DNA of 63,908 nucleotides, filler included, from Octopus bimaculoides (Eukaryota), in the NCBI RefSeq assembly GCF_001194135.2. It is 4 parts of 4 records of this genome, joined end to end, with 100 filler letters (N's around TTAATTAATTAA, not from the genome) between each part and the next. Parts side by side here need not be neighbours in the genome. Positions count along the whole stretch, not along the records: positions 39,308 to 58,466 come from NC_068983.1; positions 58,567 to 63,908 come from NC_069008.1; 2 more parts are not named here. The stretch is one strand, 5' to 3'. The notes beneath the pieces were generated by a model. It made no database searches. It was given only the letters and a program-made list of their open reading frames with translations, and was not told the DNA's origin. The position numbers and the translations under genes are program-made. Position 1 is the stretch's first letter, and each line of letters begins with the position of its first letter. Positions 52,301 to 63,908 of the stretch are shown here, one piece after another.

Positions 52301-53873
52301 GTTGTCAAATGCCACCACTGGTGGCATCTCATCGAATCGAAACTGTAATGGTAATATGTCTATCATTTCCTCGAATAGTTCCTTCAACTTTTCACCTTTC
52401 TCTTTTACAAACAAGACTGCTTTAAATCCCTTCATTGTACTTATTGGGCGCTAACTTCACCCTAATTACATTTTTCATTTTAGTGATCTTTTTTTCAATC
52501 TCCACATTTTTTCTGTACTGTATCATAGTTCTTAAGTGTTTTCCCTTCAGTGTTTCTTTCTGATTGCCATCACTAATCTCTTCTACTGTTGCTGGTGTTT
52601 CCATTTCTTTCTTCTCTGCTTGTCTCTCACTCGATGTTGCTGTCATTTCTCTTCTATCTTCCTTTATTTCCTGCTCTTTTACTTTCTCCTTCGTGCTAGT
52701 TGCTGGTATCGATCTCTGTTTTCTCTCTTCGTCTTTCTCACTTAATTTTGTCGACATCTCATTTCTTTTCTGCTCATTCGCTTTTCCTCCTTTTGGTAAA
52801 CTTTGTCTCTCCTCTACACTTCCTTTTCTTTTCTTCATGGGACTCTTTGGTAGTGAGTTCGTGTTTTCTTCTCTTTTCTTTCTCTTCCCCACTGTATACT
52901 TTTCTTCCATATTTTCTACTGGCCTTTGTTCCTCTACGCTTTGAACCTCTTCCTCTCCTTGCTGTTCCCTCTCCATTACCTCCTCTTTGTGCTTCTGGGG
53001 ACACTTAGCTTTCATGTGTCCCCATATTCCACACTGAAAGCATATGGGAGGTCTTCCCTCCACTACCTCTCTTAGCTTCATCTCATCAGGTAATACTACC
53101 TCTTCTGCAATTTTGTGGAGGTCTGGTAAACTGATTTGGACTATCACCTCAAAGCTGTATCCCCATCAGTTTACCTCTGTTGTTCTTGTAATTTTGAGAA
53201 TTTTTGTCTCCTCGTCAATTTCTGGGGGCACTCTACCAACCTAATTCTGGCCACACGTTTGCCACAGTAGGTTGGCAGTAGTACCCACTCAGACGATCTC
53301 AAAGGCACAGTGGAGTGCTTTATCACTTCTTGTTTGCTCGTGGAGTGAACCTCCACTGTACCATATTTCTTGCCTCTGGTATAAAACGTTGTGAGGCTCT
53401 TAATTCCTTTTATACATTCTTCCACTGCCTCTGCAGCAGCTATCTCAATCCTTTTGGTAGCTATAGACAGCATTCTGTAGATCACTGTCCTTTTCTCTGT
53501 CCTTTCAACTATTTCCTTCGGCAGAGTCAACCTCAGTCTGTCTCCTTCCTTCGCTATCAATTTGTTGAAATTCTTTAAATTCGTCTCATCCATCTTCACC
53601 ACTCTTACTTGTAAAATATCTGCTGTCAAACTTTTCCCAATTACTGCAGCATAATTGCCGGCTGAAACTGGTTGACTCTGCATTACTTCATTAGTAATAA
53701 CTTCACCCATAAATGGGGAAGAAAACAAAAATTAACAGGTAACGAACAACAATTCAACAATTTCGATAATTCAACAATTAGGTACAGTAAACCTTCAACA
53801 ATTAAACAAGTGACTTACATGAAGCGACTAACAACAAATTACAACAGGGAATCAAACGACTTGACAACTCTGG
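52301..53873 (-). mobile_element. Non-LTR retrotransposon 5' UTR and ORF1 (gag-like, CCHC knuckle; Tx1/L1-like), frameshifted
   Basis: ORFs 53728-53171 and 53147-52422 include VVEGRPPICFQCGIWGHMKAKCP followed by a K/E-rich tail. Confidence 0.72.
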
Positions 53874-56866
53874 AGACATGACTATCTCTGAATGCCTACT
53901 ACGTACTCTCTTTATTTATAGTGACTAAGTTATTCCATTCGTCGCATGGGAGGGGCGTACCATTATTACTAATTCCCTATATCTCCCCTTTTAAGTTTTT
54001 CTTATGAAGTGTCATTTTGTTTGGCACAATTTTTTTTATTCACCCTACCTCCCTCTTTTGAGTATTTTTGTCATACAATTTAATATTTTTTTGCACTTGG
54101 CATCTATTTTCAGAAACTCTGTATGTTTTCTTTTCCTCCCACTTGTACACCTGGGTTCAATCACCTGTAGTGGCATTGGTACTTGGGGCATATCATACAA
54201 CCATTCCATTGGTTCCTCCAACTTCTTTGGTTTGCTTTCCATGAATCTCTTTTTCAGTTGGTTCCTGTGTCTCTTTTGTAAGCCTTTTCTACTTTTTACC
54301 CAATACATCATTTTACCTATGCATTTGGTAATTATGCCATATTCTCAACTCTGCTTTCCATTCTTGTATGCCCTCATATACACCTTTCCNNNNNNNNNNT
54401 TCCTCCAACTTCTTTGGTTTGCTTTCCATGAATCTCTTTTTCAGTTGGTTCCTGTGTCTCTTTTGTAAGCCTTTTCTACTTTTTACCCAATACATCATTT
54501 TACCTATGCATTTGGTAATTATGCCATATTCTCAACTCTGCTTTCCATTCTTGTATGCCCTCATATACACCTTTCCAACAACTTTAAAGAATTTAGCTAT
54601 GTCATCCCTGGAACTTTTTCTTTTCTTGCCAGGTAGCAATTTATCAAAGACTGATTTTACTTTCCTTGAAAACATTAGCTCTGCTGGTCAGCTAGCCCCT
54701 GGTGTATTCAGGTTTGGTGTCACATGGTACACTCTTAAAAATTGTTGTAGAGTTACTTCATCTGTGACTTCCTTATTCGATTTTCTAAGGGCTCTTTGAA
54801 GATATCAACAAAGTGTTCTACTTATCCATTAGATCTGGGATAGTATGGCGCTGTAATTATATGTTCTACCATGAACGTTTCACAAAATTTTAAAAATTCA
54901 ACAGACACAAACTGCATTCCATTGTCAGACACTATCTTGTCTGAGATGTCAAATCTTGCAAACAATTCATGTAAAAAATTTATCACACTTGAAGAGGTTG
55001 GTTTTTTACACTTGTGAATTTCAGGCCATTTCGAAAAACTATCAACTAACACTAAGCAGTAAAGAACCATTTAAAGGACCAGAATGTTTACTTTTTATCA
55101 TAGGGCAATATTTTTATTTCATTTTAGTTTACATACGTATGTTCCAATCTGTTTTACTGCAATTTTTTGTTTCAGTCCTTTGGTCCCATTTGAACTCTTG
55201 ACTGAACCGACTATATTTCCATATATATTTTGTATAGTTCCATCCACTCTGTGTCGAATTTTTGAATTTTTTAACACATAAATCTCTGCCTTTTTTGTTT
55301 GATCTCGAAATCTTACACTACATACAAATTCACCAAGAAAATATAATCTTTTTCCTGTAACACCATGTGCTACCTTTTTAGATTTAATTAATTTTGGCTT
55401 ACCAACATATTTCCATGTTTTTTCATTTATAATGGTGATACCACTACCAGTGTCCAACTACATTTTAACACTTGTATTTCTGATTTTCACCTTCGTGAAT
55501 TTCCTCATTGTTATATTTCCTATTTCTTCTGATGACATACTATTTATTCTTTTTCCTTTGTTCTGCCGTTTTGTCGTCTTTGTTCTACAATGTGTCTTTA
55601 TATGTCCTATATTTACACAACAAAAGCACTCCATGGACAATTTTTCCTCAGGTGTATATCTCCACATGCAAAACATGGGTTTATTTCCTGATTTTTGTCG
55701 TGTTTTTAGAAAACACTTTATCTCTATTCTGACTGTTTCACACTTGCTTTACTTGGAAACAATCTTTATGTTCAATTTCCTCTAATTCGTGTCTTAATTT
55801 GACTATTCTTTCACATTCTTCTGACACTTGCTGTAGGGTTACATCTTGGTTTTGTTCCAGCTTTGCAAGAATTTTAGTTCTAACTTCTGCATCCTTTTCA
55901 GCAGGATTTAATGGATTTAATTTGTCCAGCTTAAACTTCTTGCATTTCCTGTTTACTCTACCAGCATATGTGATGTAGTTCTCATCGTTGTTTTTCTCTA
56001 TGTTCAGATGCTTACGTGTTAAACAATGAGCTTTTTTCATTGAAAATTTCACACACTATATCTATTGTGTCATTAAAGTTTATGTCTGAAGGTTTTCTTG
56101 GGAGTACTGTATTGTTCATGTTCTGTTGCTGCCAGTTCTCACAAGATTAAGTGCATTTTCATATGGTCATCCCAATCTTTACATTCTTTCTCGAAGATCT
56201 GCTCATATCTCCTGTAGTATACTTCAAAGGTAACCCCTTCATCAGGTTCATATTTGATCTCTGTTATGGAGTTCACGACATAGCCTGTCGAGAATACTTT
56301 TTCTGACTTTCCTGATGACTTCAGTAATTGCACGTTTGTTGCTGTAGTATTATTTGTTGTTGTCGTTGCTTCTGTTGTTGCTCTTGCAGTTGTATCTGCT
56401 GCAGTTGTTGTTGGTAATGTTGTTGTTGCTTCAGTTGTTGTTCTTGCAGTTGTAGCTGCTGTTGTTGTTGTTCTTTCAGTTGCTATTGTTGCTGCTTTTG
56501 CAACTCAAGCAAACCTGCCAACAAATTTTCCATAATTTTACGATTCTTTTCATAAAATTTGCACAACAAAGACTTTTGTGAGTCTGATAACTCCTCGTGA
56601 GATGTTAATTCTTTGTGAGTTGTTAAACACCTTGTTAAGTTTATTAAGTTTATTCCTCATGGATTGTTTAAATCCTCATCACCACTGTGTATATCCTTTA
56701 AATGTTCAGGTTATTACAATGCCACGTTGGTATGCAGTGTACTTAGTAAAACCAGTAAAGACACAACTATTTCTGACCACCCACTACATATTTTCTTTAC
56801 ATACAGTGACTAGGTTATTCCATTTGTCACATGGGAGGGGTGTACCATTATTACTAATTCCCTACA
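53874..56866 (-). mobile_element. Ty3/Gypsy (Mag-like) LTR element lacking RT-RNase H
   Basis: 5' LTR 56866-56686 (TG...CA), PBS TGGTGATGAGGA, gag with CFCCVNIGHIKTHC, protease DTGSGITII, integrase VDSFSKWPE...SDNG...TAPYYPRSNG, PPT AAAAGGGGAGA, and a 3' LTR remnant at 53981-53874. Confidence 0.92.
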
Positions 56867-57362
56867 TCAGATTGCAAACTTTAGTCACATTTCACATTAG
56901 ATTCATAAATTATGGGTAAAAAAAAATTACCTGCCGTGACCATGATGTGGTTAAAATTGAGATGAATATTTTGTTGTGAAGGGACATGTGCAAGAGATAG
57001 ACTCAGGAAGACGTGGGACAAAGTGGTAAGAAAGGCAGGGCCAGATTTATAGGGGTGCAGAGGGGGCAATTGTCCCAGCATCTGTGATACTGGGGATCCC
57101 CTGCAACAAAGAGCATGTTGCACTTAATAGAGCAATCAGGCATGAAAAAGCTCTCTTTCAATATACAAAGGTATCCTGAGTTCTTAAAAAATGTAATGGA
57201 TTCTCATTTATGATAAACAACCATAGATTTTGCCACCTTAGAGATATCAATTAATTCAATTAAAAAGCAGTTTACTACCCAGTCCCAAGGCAGCTTACAG
57301 TTCTCAAGGGAATTGTTGCTGCTTTTAGGATAAAGGCAGAGAAAAGGGAAACTCCTGAACAT

Positions 57363-57404
<42 letters not shown>

Positions 57405-58466
57405 GTATGAATGTATATAAAGATAAAGAGATTGAGAGAAAGAAGTTATTGTCAGATTCCTTCTTTCAACACATCACTGAGCAATAACCTTGGCTTGACC
57501 AATCATAGTTAAAGGCATACACACACACACACACACACACATTTCTGCTTCTAAACTTATTTCAGTGAGGCATTGAAAACTTGTCTTATTTTATGAAACA
57601 AGTAAGGAAATGTTTCAAAATATAAATTTTGTATTTAGTTTCAATTATAAAATTACATCTCCTAACAGCAAAAAGCATTCTTTTTCAGTTTTAGAATTAT
57701 TGTATATATATTCAAATATTTTCCATTAAATCAAACCATTTTTCTTTCTTATTTTTTCCTATATTTTTTGTTATTCTATCGAACACTTGAAATTACTATA
57801 TGGAAGTGGGGCAAGATTGGTAACTGGGTCAAAATGAATAATTTCTGATTTCTTGTTTTATTTTTTCCCTAGCTGTTTAGAAACCATTACATTGCAATTA
57901 TTGCATCCCCATTTTGTACCATTGTATCATCTTTGGGAGTAAAAATTGGTCAGTATAGTTTACATAGTTGTTGTTGAAGTTGAAAGCTTGAAACATAAGT
58001 GACAGGTACTCTTTTTGCTTCAAGAAATTTTTCTTCAAATTTGACTTGATTATAATTGAGGTTGATAAAAAAATATCTGGATAATTTTTGGTGTTTAACC
58101 ATCAATATTCTTTTCTCAGTTTGATTCTACATAATTTTTTTTCCAAACTAATATCTAATTTGATAATCTTCAAGTTAAAAAAAAAGTCTAAATTAAGACA
58201 AAATGAGTAATGACTAATTTTAGTAATTACTTCTCTTTAACTGCTTAGGGCAAAAATATATATGGAAGAAAGCTACTCCAGCAGATCAAGAAAAAGCTAT
58301 AGAGAATATTTTATGTTGAGTTTTTAGATTTAGTTGGGTTTCATTAATTTCACATCATGTGCTAGTTTTCAATGATCCTCTTTCATTTGACCAAAATATT
58401 AAAAATTTTTGTTGCATTCCTGATTTTTCTAGTGTCTAAGGACGAATGTCTATGTGTATGAATCTT

Positions 58467-58566
58467 NNNNNNNNNNNNNNNNNNNNNNNNNNNNNNNNNN
58501 NNNNNNNNNNTTAATTAATTAANNNNNNNNNNNNNNNNNNNNNNNNNNNNNNNNNNNNNNNNNNNN
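58467..58566. other. Artificial 100-bp scaffold join
   Basis: TTAATTAATTAA at 58511-58522 between two 44-N runs. Confidence 0.95.
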
Positions 58567-58800
58567 GGCACATAAAAGACACCATTTCGAGCGTGGCCGT
58601 TTTCGTGCGGGTGACACGTAAAAGCACCCACTACACTCTCTGAGTGGTTGGCGTTAGGAAGGGCATCCAGCTGTAGAAACTCTGCCAAATCAGACTGGAG
58701 CCTGGTGTTGCCATCCGGTTTCACCAGTCCTCAGTCAAATCGTCCAACCCATGCTAGCATGGAAAGCGGACGTTAAACGATGATGATGATGATGATGATG

Positions 58801-59275
58801 TACAGGGGTGTTGTCAGAAAGGTGAAGGTCAGCAATGACTATAGTAATGAATTTAGTGTACAAGTAGTTCACCATGGTTTGGTTCTTAGACATCCCCCTT
58901 CTTTATCATAGTCCTCCAGGCCATGACAGAGGAATTTAAGATTGGCTACCCTTGTTCTTATAGCTGAATCACTACCTGAACTAGAGACAAAATATTGGGT
59001 GTGCAAGCAAGGGCTGGTATCTAAGGGCTTTAGAGTTAATAAGGCAAAGACCAAATCAACCTGATATGTTGAAAAGGTGTTAGTAGAAACTCCATACGGT
59101 GTACCCAGTGCAAGCTATGAACCCATAAGAGGTGCAGAGAAAGTAGTCTTTGGATGTGGCAGATGCATGGGTAAAATAAACACTAAGAATGTACCGGAAA
59201 TAGACTTACTCAAATATCTGAGTGGATCCTTCAAAGTAGTAGATACCTTCCATTACTTAGGCAACATAGTTAGCA
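58801..59275 (+). mobile_element. RTE LINE RT fragment with a PHD-like Cys/His insert
   Basis: YRGVVRKVKVSNDYSNEFSVQV, ...KGFRVNKAKTK, IC*KGVSRNSIRCTQCKL*THKRC...FGCGRC, VVDTFHYLG. Confidence 0.8.
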
Positions 59276-59700
59276 AAGTTTGTCATGGATGAATTTGTAT
59301 GCAAAATCATAACTAATTTGCAGAGATCATTGGTTCACCAGTACCATCTCTCAAACTTGTGTTTTCATGTCAGTGGTGGAGGTTAAGGGGCACTTGCTCC
59401 CTCTTTGTGCTTCACACTTGCATAGTCATTTTCAAAGTTCTCAGTCCATTCATACATACTTCTACATGGTAGAGCACTGATCCTGTTTTCTGAAGGCTTG
59501 TGAAGAATTTACAGCTCTGATACATCTCCAGACAAGAAGAATTAGACCACTGATCTCTGCTTTTCTTTGGTACACAATGCTAGTAGAGTAGCCATGTTTA
59601 CTCTGTAGCACAAGAAAGAAAACCTCAGTTACATAACAAGATTACATCTTTTTAGCATGCAAGTACTGAAGGCTGTGCAGCCAGTCTAAAGAGCATTTTG
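59276..59700 (-). mobile_element. Mariner 5' part (HTH), pseudogenised
   Basis: ATG at 59595: MATLLALCTKEKQRSVV*FF...RSMYEWTENFEN...SVKHKEGA...AYKFIHDKL. Confidence 0.8.
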
Positions 59701-60159
59701 ATGAAAGTGTGGATATTTTTGGTCTTCATCTTTTATTTTACATTTCAAAATAATTTAGCTATCTTTTAATAAGAAATGTTGCTGCTTCTTTGCTTTCAGG
59801 GCTTCATGAAAGTCAATGTATTTACCTTCTTACAAGTAGATGTTTTACCAAGTCCAGAAACGGGCTATTACTTTAATGTGTAATGGTTGATTTATAAGTG
59901 TACATATGTGTGTGTATGTATACATATATATGTATGCATATATAAATATATGTGTACACATTTGTATGTATGTATACATATATATGTATACATATATATG
60001 TATACATATATGTATGTATGCATATATACATATATTGGCTTGACCAAAATGTTTGTTCAGGCACTCTGATAAGTAGCTAACTTCAGTCTGTCTCTTGCAT
60101 GCATACACTTGTTAAACACTTAATACTTCTCTGTACTTTGATGCAAACTTGCAGTGAGG

Positions 60160-60285
60160 CAGGTTGTATTTCATGTGCATGGATCATCTTGAAAATGGAA
60201 AACCAAGATGTACCATTTGTTTGCTTGTGAGTGTTGAGGGCAATGCAGTCAACCTAAAGAAGGTTTTGACGAAAGCATGGGTAAG
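60160..60285 (+). pseudogene. Possible hAT-Charlie BED-finger fragment
   Basis: ENGKPRCTICLL...NLK, then with a frameshift RF*RKH. This resembles GKPxCxIC...LKRHFxxKH. Confidence 0.35.
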
Positions 60286-60355
60286 TTTTGAGTTCCTCTT
60301 GTGTGTGTCTGTGTATGCACACACATGTAACATATATATATGTATGTATGTGTAA

Positions 60356-60443
<88 letters not shown>

Positions 60444-61280
60444 GATAAATATAGATATATATATATATGTAGCACTGGCACTCTGTCAATTATGACAAGT
60501 GTTCCAGTTGATCCAATCAAAGTAACAGCTTGCTCGTGAAATCAACATGCAAGCAGCTGATCACTTCACAGACATGTGTACCCTTAATGAAGTTCTCAGG
60601 GAGGTTCAGTTTGACACAGAAAGTTACAGGGCTGGCTTTTTGAATAACATGTACAACTTACTTTTACCAACTGAGTGGACTGGAGCCAAAGTGAAATAAA
60701 GTATCTTGCTCAAGGAAACAATGTGCCACCAGAGATCAAAATTACAACCTTATAATAGTGAGCTGACTACCCCTAACTACTAGAGAAGCTTGCTTCCCAA
60801 CCACATGTTTCTGAGTTCAGTCCCACTGTATGACACATTGGGCAAGTGTCTTCTACTATAGCCTCAGGTTGACTGAAGCCTTATGAGTTGGCAGAAACTA
60901 AAAGAAGCCCATCATATTTGTGTGTGTGTGTATACATATATATATACATATATATATATATATGTATATCTGCATGTATGCCTTTGGGTTTGTTTGTCCA
61001 CCCCCTATCACCGCTTGACAATCAATGTTGGTGTGTTTACATCCCTGTCACTTAGTGGTTTGGCAAAAGAGGCTAATAGAATAAGTACTAGGCTTAAAAA
61101 TAATTTCTGAAGTCGAGTTTTCAAAAAAAGCACTTTGAGGTGGTGTTCCAGCATGACCACAATCAAATGGCTGAAACAAGTGAAAATATATGTGTGTGTG
61201 TGTTTGTGTAATTGTGTGTGCATATATGAGTGTGTATCTATATGTATGTGTGTGTGTATATGTCTGTGTGTATGTATATA

Positions 61281-62050
61281 CAGGGTGCAGTGGATAAACT
61301 CTCGTCTAAATTATGCAAAAATGAAAATAACACTGACATCTCATTTTAACAGATATATTTACCAAAATTACATAAAAATATCTTGAAATACTAACGAGTA
61401 AATTTATTCAATAAAATCGCCATTGGCTTCAACTGCAACCTCCAGACGACTTCGGAATCTCCTGCAACTCTTCCGGATAGTCTTCTTGTTCAAGTTGGTG
61501 AATGCTGCCATAATCCTTGCCTTCAGTTCATCTTTGATGTTACAAGGATTTTTGTTGGGCTCTCACTCAACTGCGCCCCACACATAATAATCAGGCGGGG
61601 ATGCAGTCTGGGAAGTTAGGTAGTCAGATGTTAGGGGTAATGTGGTTGCAGAAATTGTCTGACAGTCCTAACTGGGTTCTCCTGCTTGTGTGGCAGGGTG
61701 CAGAGTCCTGTTGCCAGACATAGGGTCTTCCAGTACCCACCCTCTTGACTCAGAGCAGCACTATCTTCTCCAGGCACTTGATGTAGGTCTCCATGTTGAG
61801 TCTGAGGCCGTATGGGAAGATGAATGGAGGTATAACATCGCCATCATTAGTGATAACTCCAAACACTATGATGTTGACTGGATGTTTGATTTTTATCACA
61901 GTCGGTACATGTCCTCAGATTGACACCCACACAGTCTTGAAATGTTTATATTGAAGCTTCTGGCACGAATACTAAGCAGTACAGCATGTGGTTTTTACAA
62001 ATTTCTTGCACAGTGAATTGTGTCATGGTGGAGTTGTGTAGATGGAAACT
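61281..62050 (-). mobile_element. maT (DD37D) transposon deletion derivative with 3' TIR
   Basis: RPYVWQQDSAPCH...PDC.P.DYYVWGAVE, with 37 residues between the D residues after repairing a frameshift. TIR cagggtgcag at 61281 is preceded by TA. Confidence 0.88.
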
Positions 62051-62057
62051 AATTAAT

Positions 62058-62420
62058 TAGTCTTTTAAGCATAACTTGCATTTGCCTATCTTTGTATTAT
62101 AAGGAGGAGCTTCTTTTATAATGGACCAAGCTAGTGTATATTGTATGTTTTTTGAGTTAAGATTGTGTGTGTGTGTATGTATGTGTGTGTGTGTGTGTGT
62201 GGCTAAAGATGTTGAGAATTTGTATTTTATCTTAGTGAAAGAATTTAAGTGAGCATTATATTGCCATTTAAAATCTATGGTACTACTTATGTAGGTCCTT
62301 GCTTTGTGTTTACTTGGTGTTTCTACAAGATATTTATAAAGAGTCATTCATTATTCTCCATCTACTCAACTCCTTGACATTAAATAAATTTTCTGATGTT
62401 GTCTCCTCTTGCACACTCAA
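62058..62420 (-). mobile_element. Third Penelope-like GIY-YIG fragment, interrupted by a (TG)n tract
   Basis: LYKYLV...TYISSTIDFKWQYNAHLNSF...STSLATH...LAWSIIKEAPPYNTKIGKCKLCLK. Confidence 0.78.
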
Positions 62421-63029
62421 GTTTTATTCAACATTTATGCATTATGATTTTGGATGGAGGTGAGAACCAGTCTCCACACCAATTGAAACTTTTTCTGTAA
62501 AATAATACAACACTGCCCTCCTCTACCAATAGAGCCATCAGTAACCTTATTTTATCATGCATTGTATCTCCTCCTCCAACCCCTCAAAAACACTTCCACT
62601 CCCTGGTCTTTTGCATATAGCTCCATAAAAACTCTCTATTACTGGATTAGTAATACCCAAATATTTTTATAGACTCTTAACTCTTTTTATGACTTTGTTT
62701 TATGATCTGAAAGTCGACCTATATATGTATTTCTCTTTTCAATATATTTTTAATGTATATATCTATATATTTATGTATATGTATATTTTTAATGTATTGA
62801 TTACTCTATATATTTTTGATATTTTCGATGTATTGAATATACTTTCGGAGAAACTCATGCATGTTGGGTCTATAAATGTATATGGGAACTTGATTTGCCT
62901 GACTTTGATTCTTACTTCTGCGTTATTCTAATGCCTCCTGAGCACTTCAAAGTGATGTCTATGCATTGGAGGAAATATTTTCCCTTATAATCAGATATAT
63001 ATATATATATATATATGTATGTATATATA

Positions 63030-63908
63030 CAGGGTGCATAAGGTATTTGAGGACATACCTTTTTTGGGTCATTGCTGCATTTTTTGCTAACTCTGTATAA
63101 TCTTTGTTTCAGAAAATAATAATGGCAGACCCTCAGCTTACTCCAGAAATGAAGAGGCATGCTGTTATTGTGCTTATAAAGGTTGAGCATAGTGATTTAG
63201 AAATATCTCGATTTTTAAAAGTTTTCAAATCTTTCATCTACAAAATTTGTAAGGAGTTAGAGACTGAAGATGGAAACATATTACTAGTATCAAAGCATAA
63301 AATGCATTCTAAATGCTCTGAAATCATTAGAACACTTGAATTTATCCAGCAAGTTCAACAGGCCATTGATTACAATCCCAGAAAGTCCATAAGATCAATT
63401 GCAAAAGATCACCATGTCTCAGAAGGAACAGTCAGAAATGTTGTCCACAAAGACATCAGATATGAGTCTTATATGATGAGGAAAGGTCAATTTGTCAGAA
63501 AAAGCAAAAGAAAATCACTACATCAGATCTAAAAGGCTCTTAAACAAACTGAAAAATCTAGCAGAAGATTTGATTTGGTTATTCTTGTTTGAGATCAAAA
63601 AGTTAACTGAAGAAATGACAGATGGTTATATGCAGACCCTTCTGAAGTTCCAAGTGTTATGCATACAAAATTTCTTGCAAATGTCATGGTTTTAGGGGTT
63701 GTCAGTAATGAAGGACATGTGATGCCTCCTTACTTCTTTCCACAAGGCCTTATAGTTAACTCTGCTGCCTACATTGAGGTCCTGGAAATAATTGTTATGC
63801 CCTGGATAGACAGTGTATGCAATGGAAGGCCATATGTGCTTCAGTAAGACTCTGCACTGTCACACATGGCTCTAGTAACACAAGAATGGATGGTTGAACA
63901 TTTTCATG
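63030..63908 (+). mobile_element. Second maT-like transposon (5' TIR and pseudogenised transposase, runs off the window)
   Basis: TA|cagggtgcataagg, ATG at 63122 MADPQLTPEMKRHAVIV..., and VMVLGVVSNEGHVMPPYFFPQGL...GRPYVLQ*DSA. Confidence 0.88.

Noticed and set aside
54213-54576. Tandem duplication of ~177 bp in the Gypsy 3' region
   Set aside because: The copies appear identical and are separated by a ~10-N gap, typical of unmerged overlapping contig ends.
62340-62400. In-frame TGA codons upstream of the third GIY-YIG ORF as possible selenocysteine (described for some Naiad Penelope elements)
   Set aside because: The region is too decayed, includes a TAA in the same frame, the TGA codons cannot be aligned to conserved Cys positions, and no SECIS is evident.

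Overview
This is AT-rich, microsatellite-dense eukaryotic DNA with no recognisable intact host gene. It is most likely a coleoid cephalopod (Octopus-like), inferred from the SINE and RTE families and the repeat density. The window is four separately assembled blocks joined by artificial 44N-TTAATTAATTAA-44N spacers (12208-12307, 39208-39307, 58467-58566), so adjacency across those joins is not guaranteed. Nearly all protein-like ORFs are decayed transposon pieces: RTE LINEs, three Penelope-like (GIY-YIG) elements, a Gypsy element lacking RT, a zinc-knuckle LINE ORF1, Tc1, mariner, maT (DD37D), hAT, and a Helitron with both termini intact. There are also several MITEs and many SINEs. The most interesting signal is non-coding: four different type I hammerhead ribozyme (HHR) folds found by eye at 31301-31365 (-), 37273-37318 (+), 40292-40352 (-) and 41322-41413 (+), plus relics. 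Two of them sit in ORF-less direct-repeat units of 342 bp and 518 bp, the architecture of retrozymes or non-autonomous Penelope pLTR elements. Coordinates were counted by hand, and boundaries of decayed elements are approximate.
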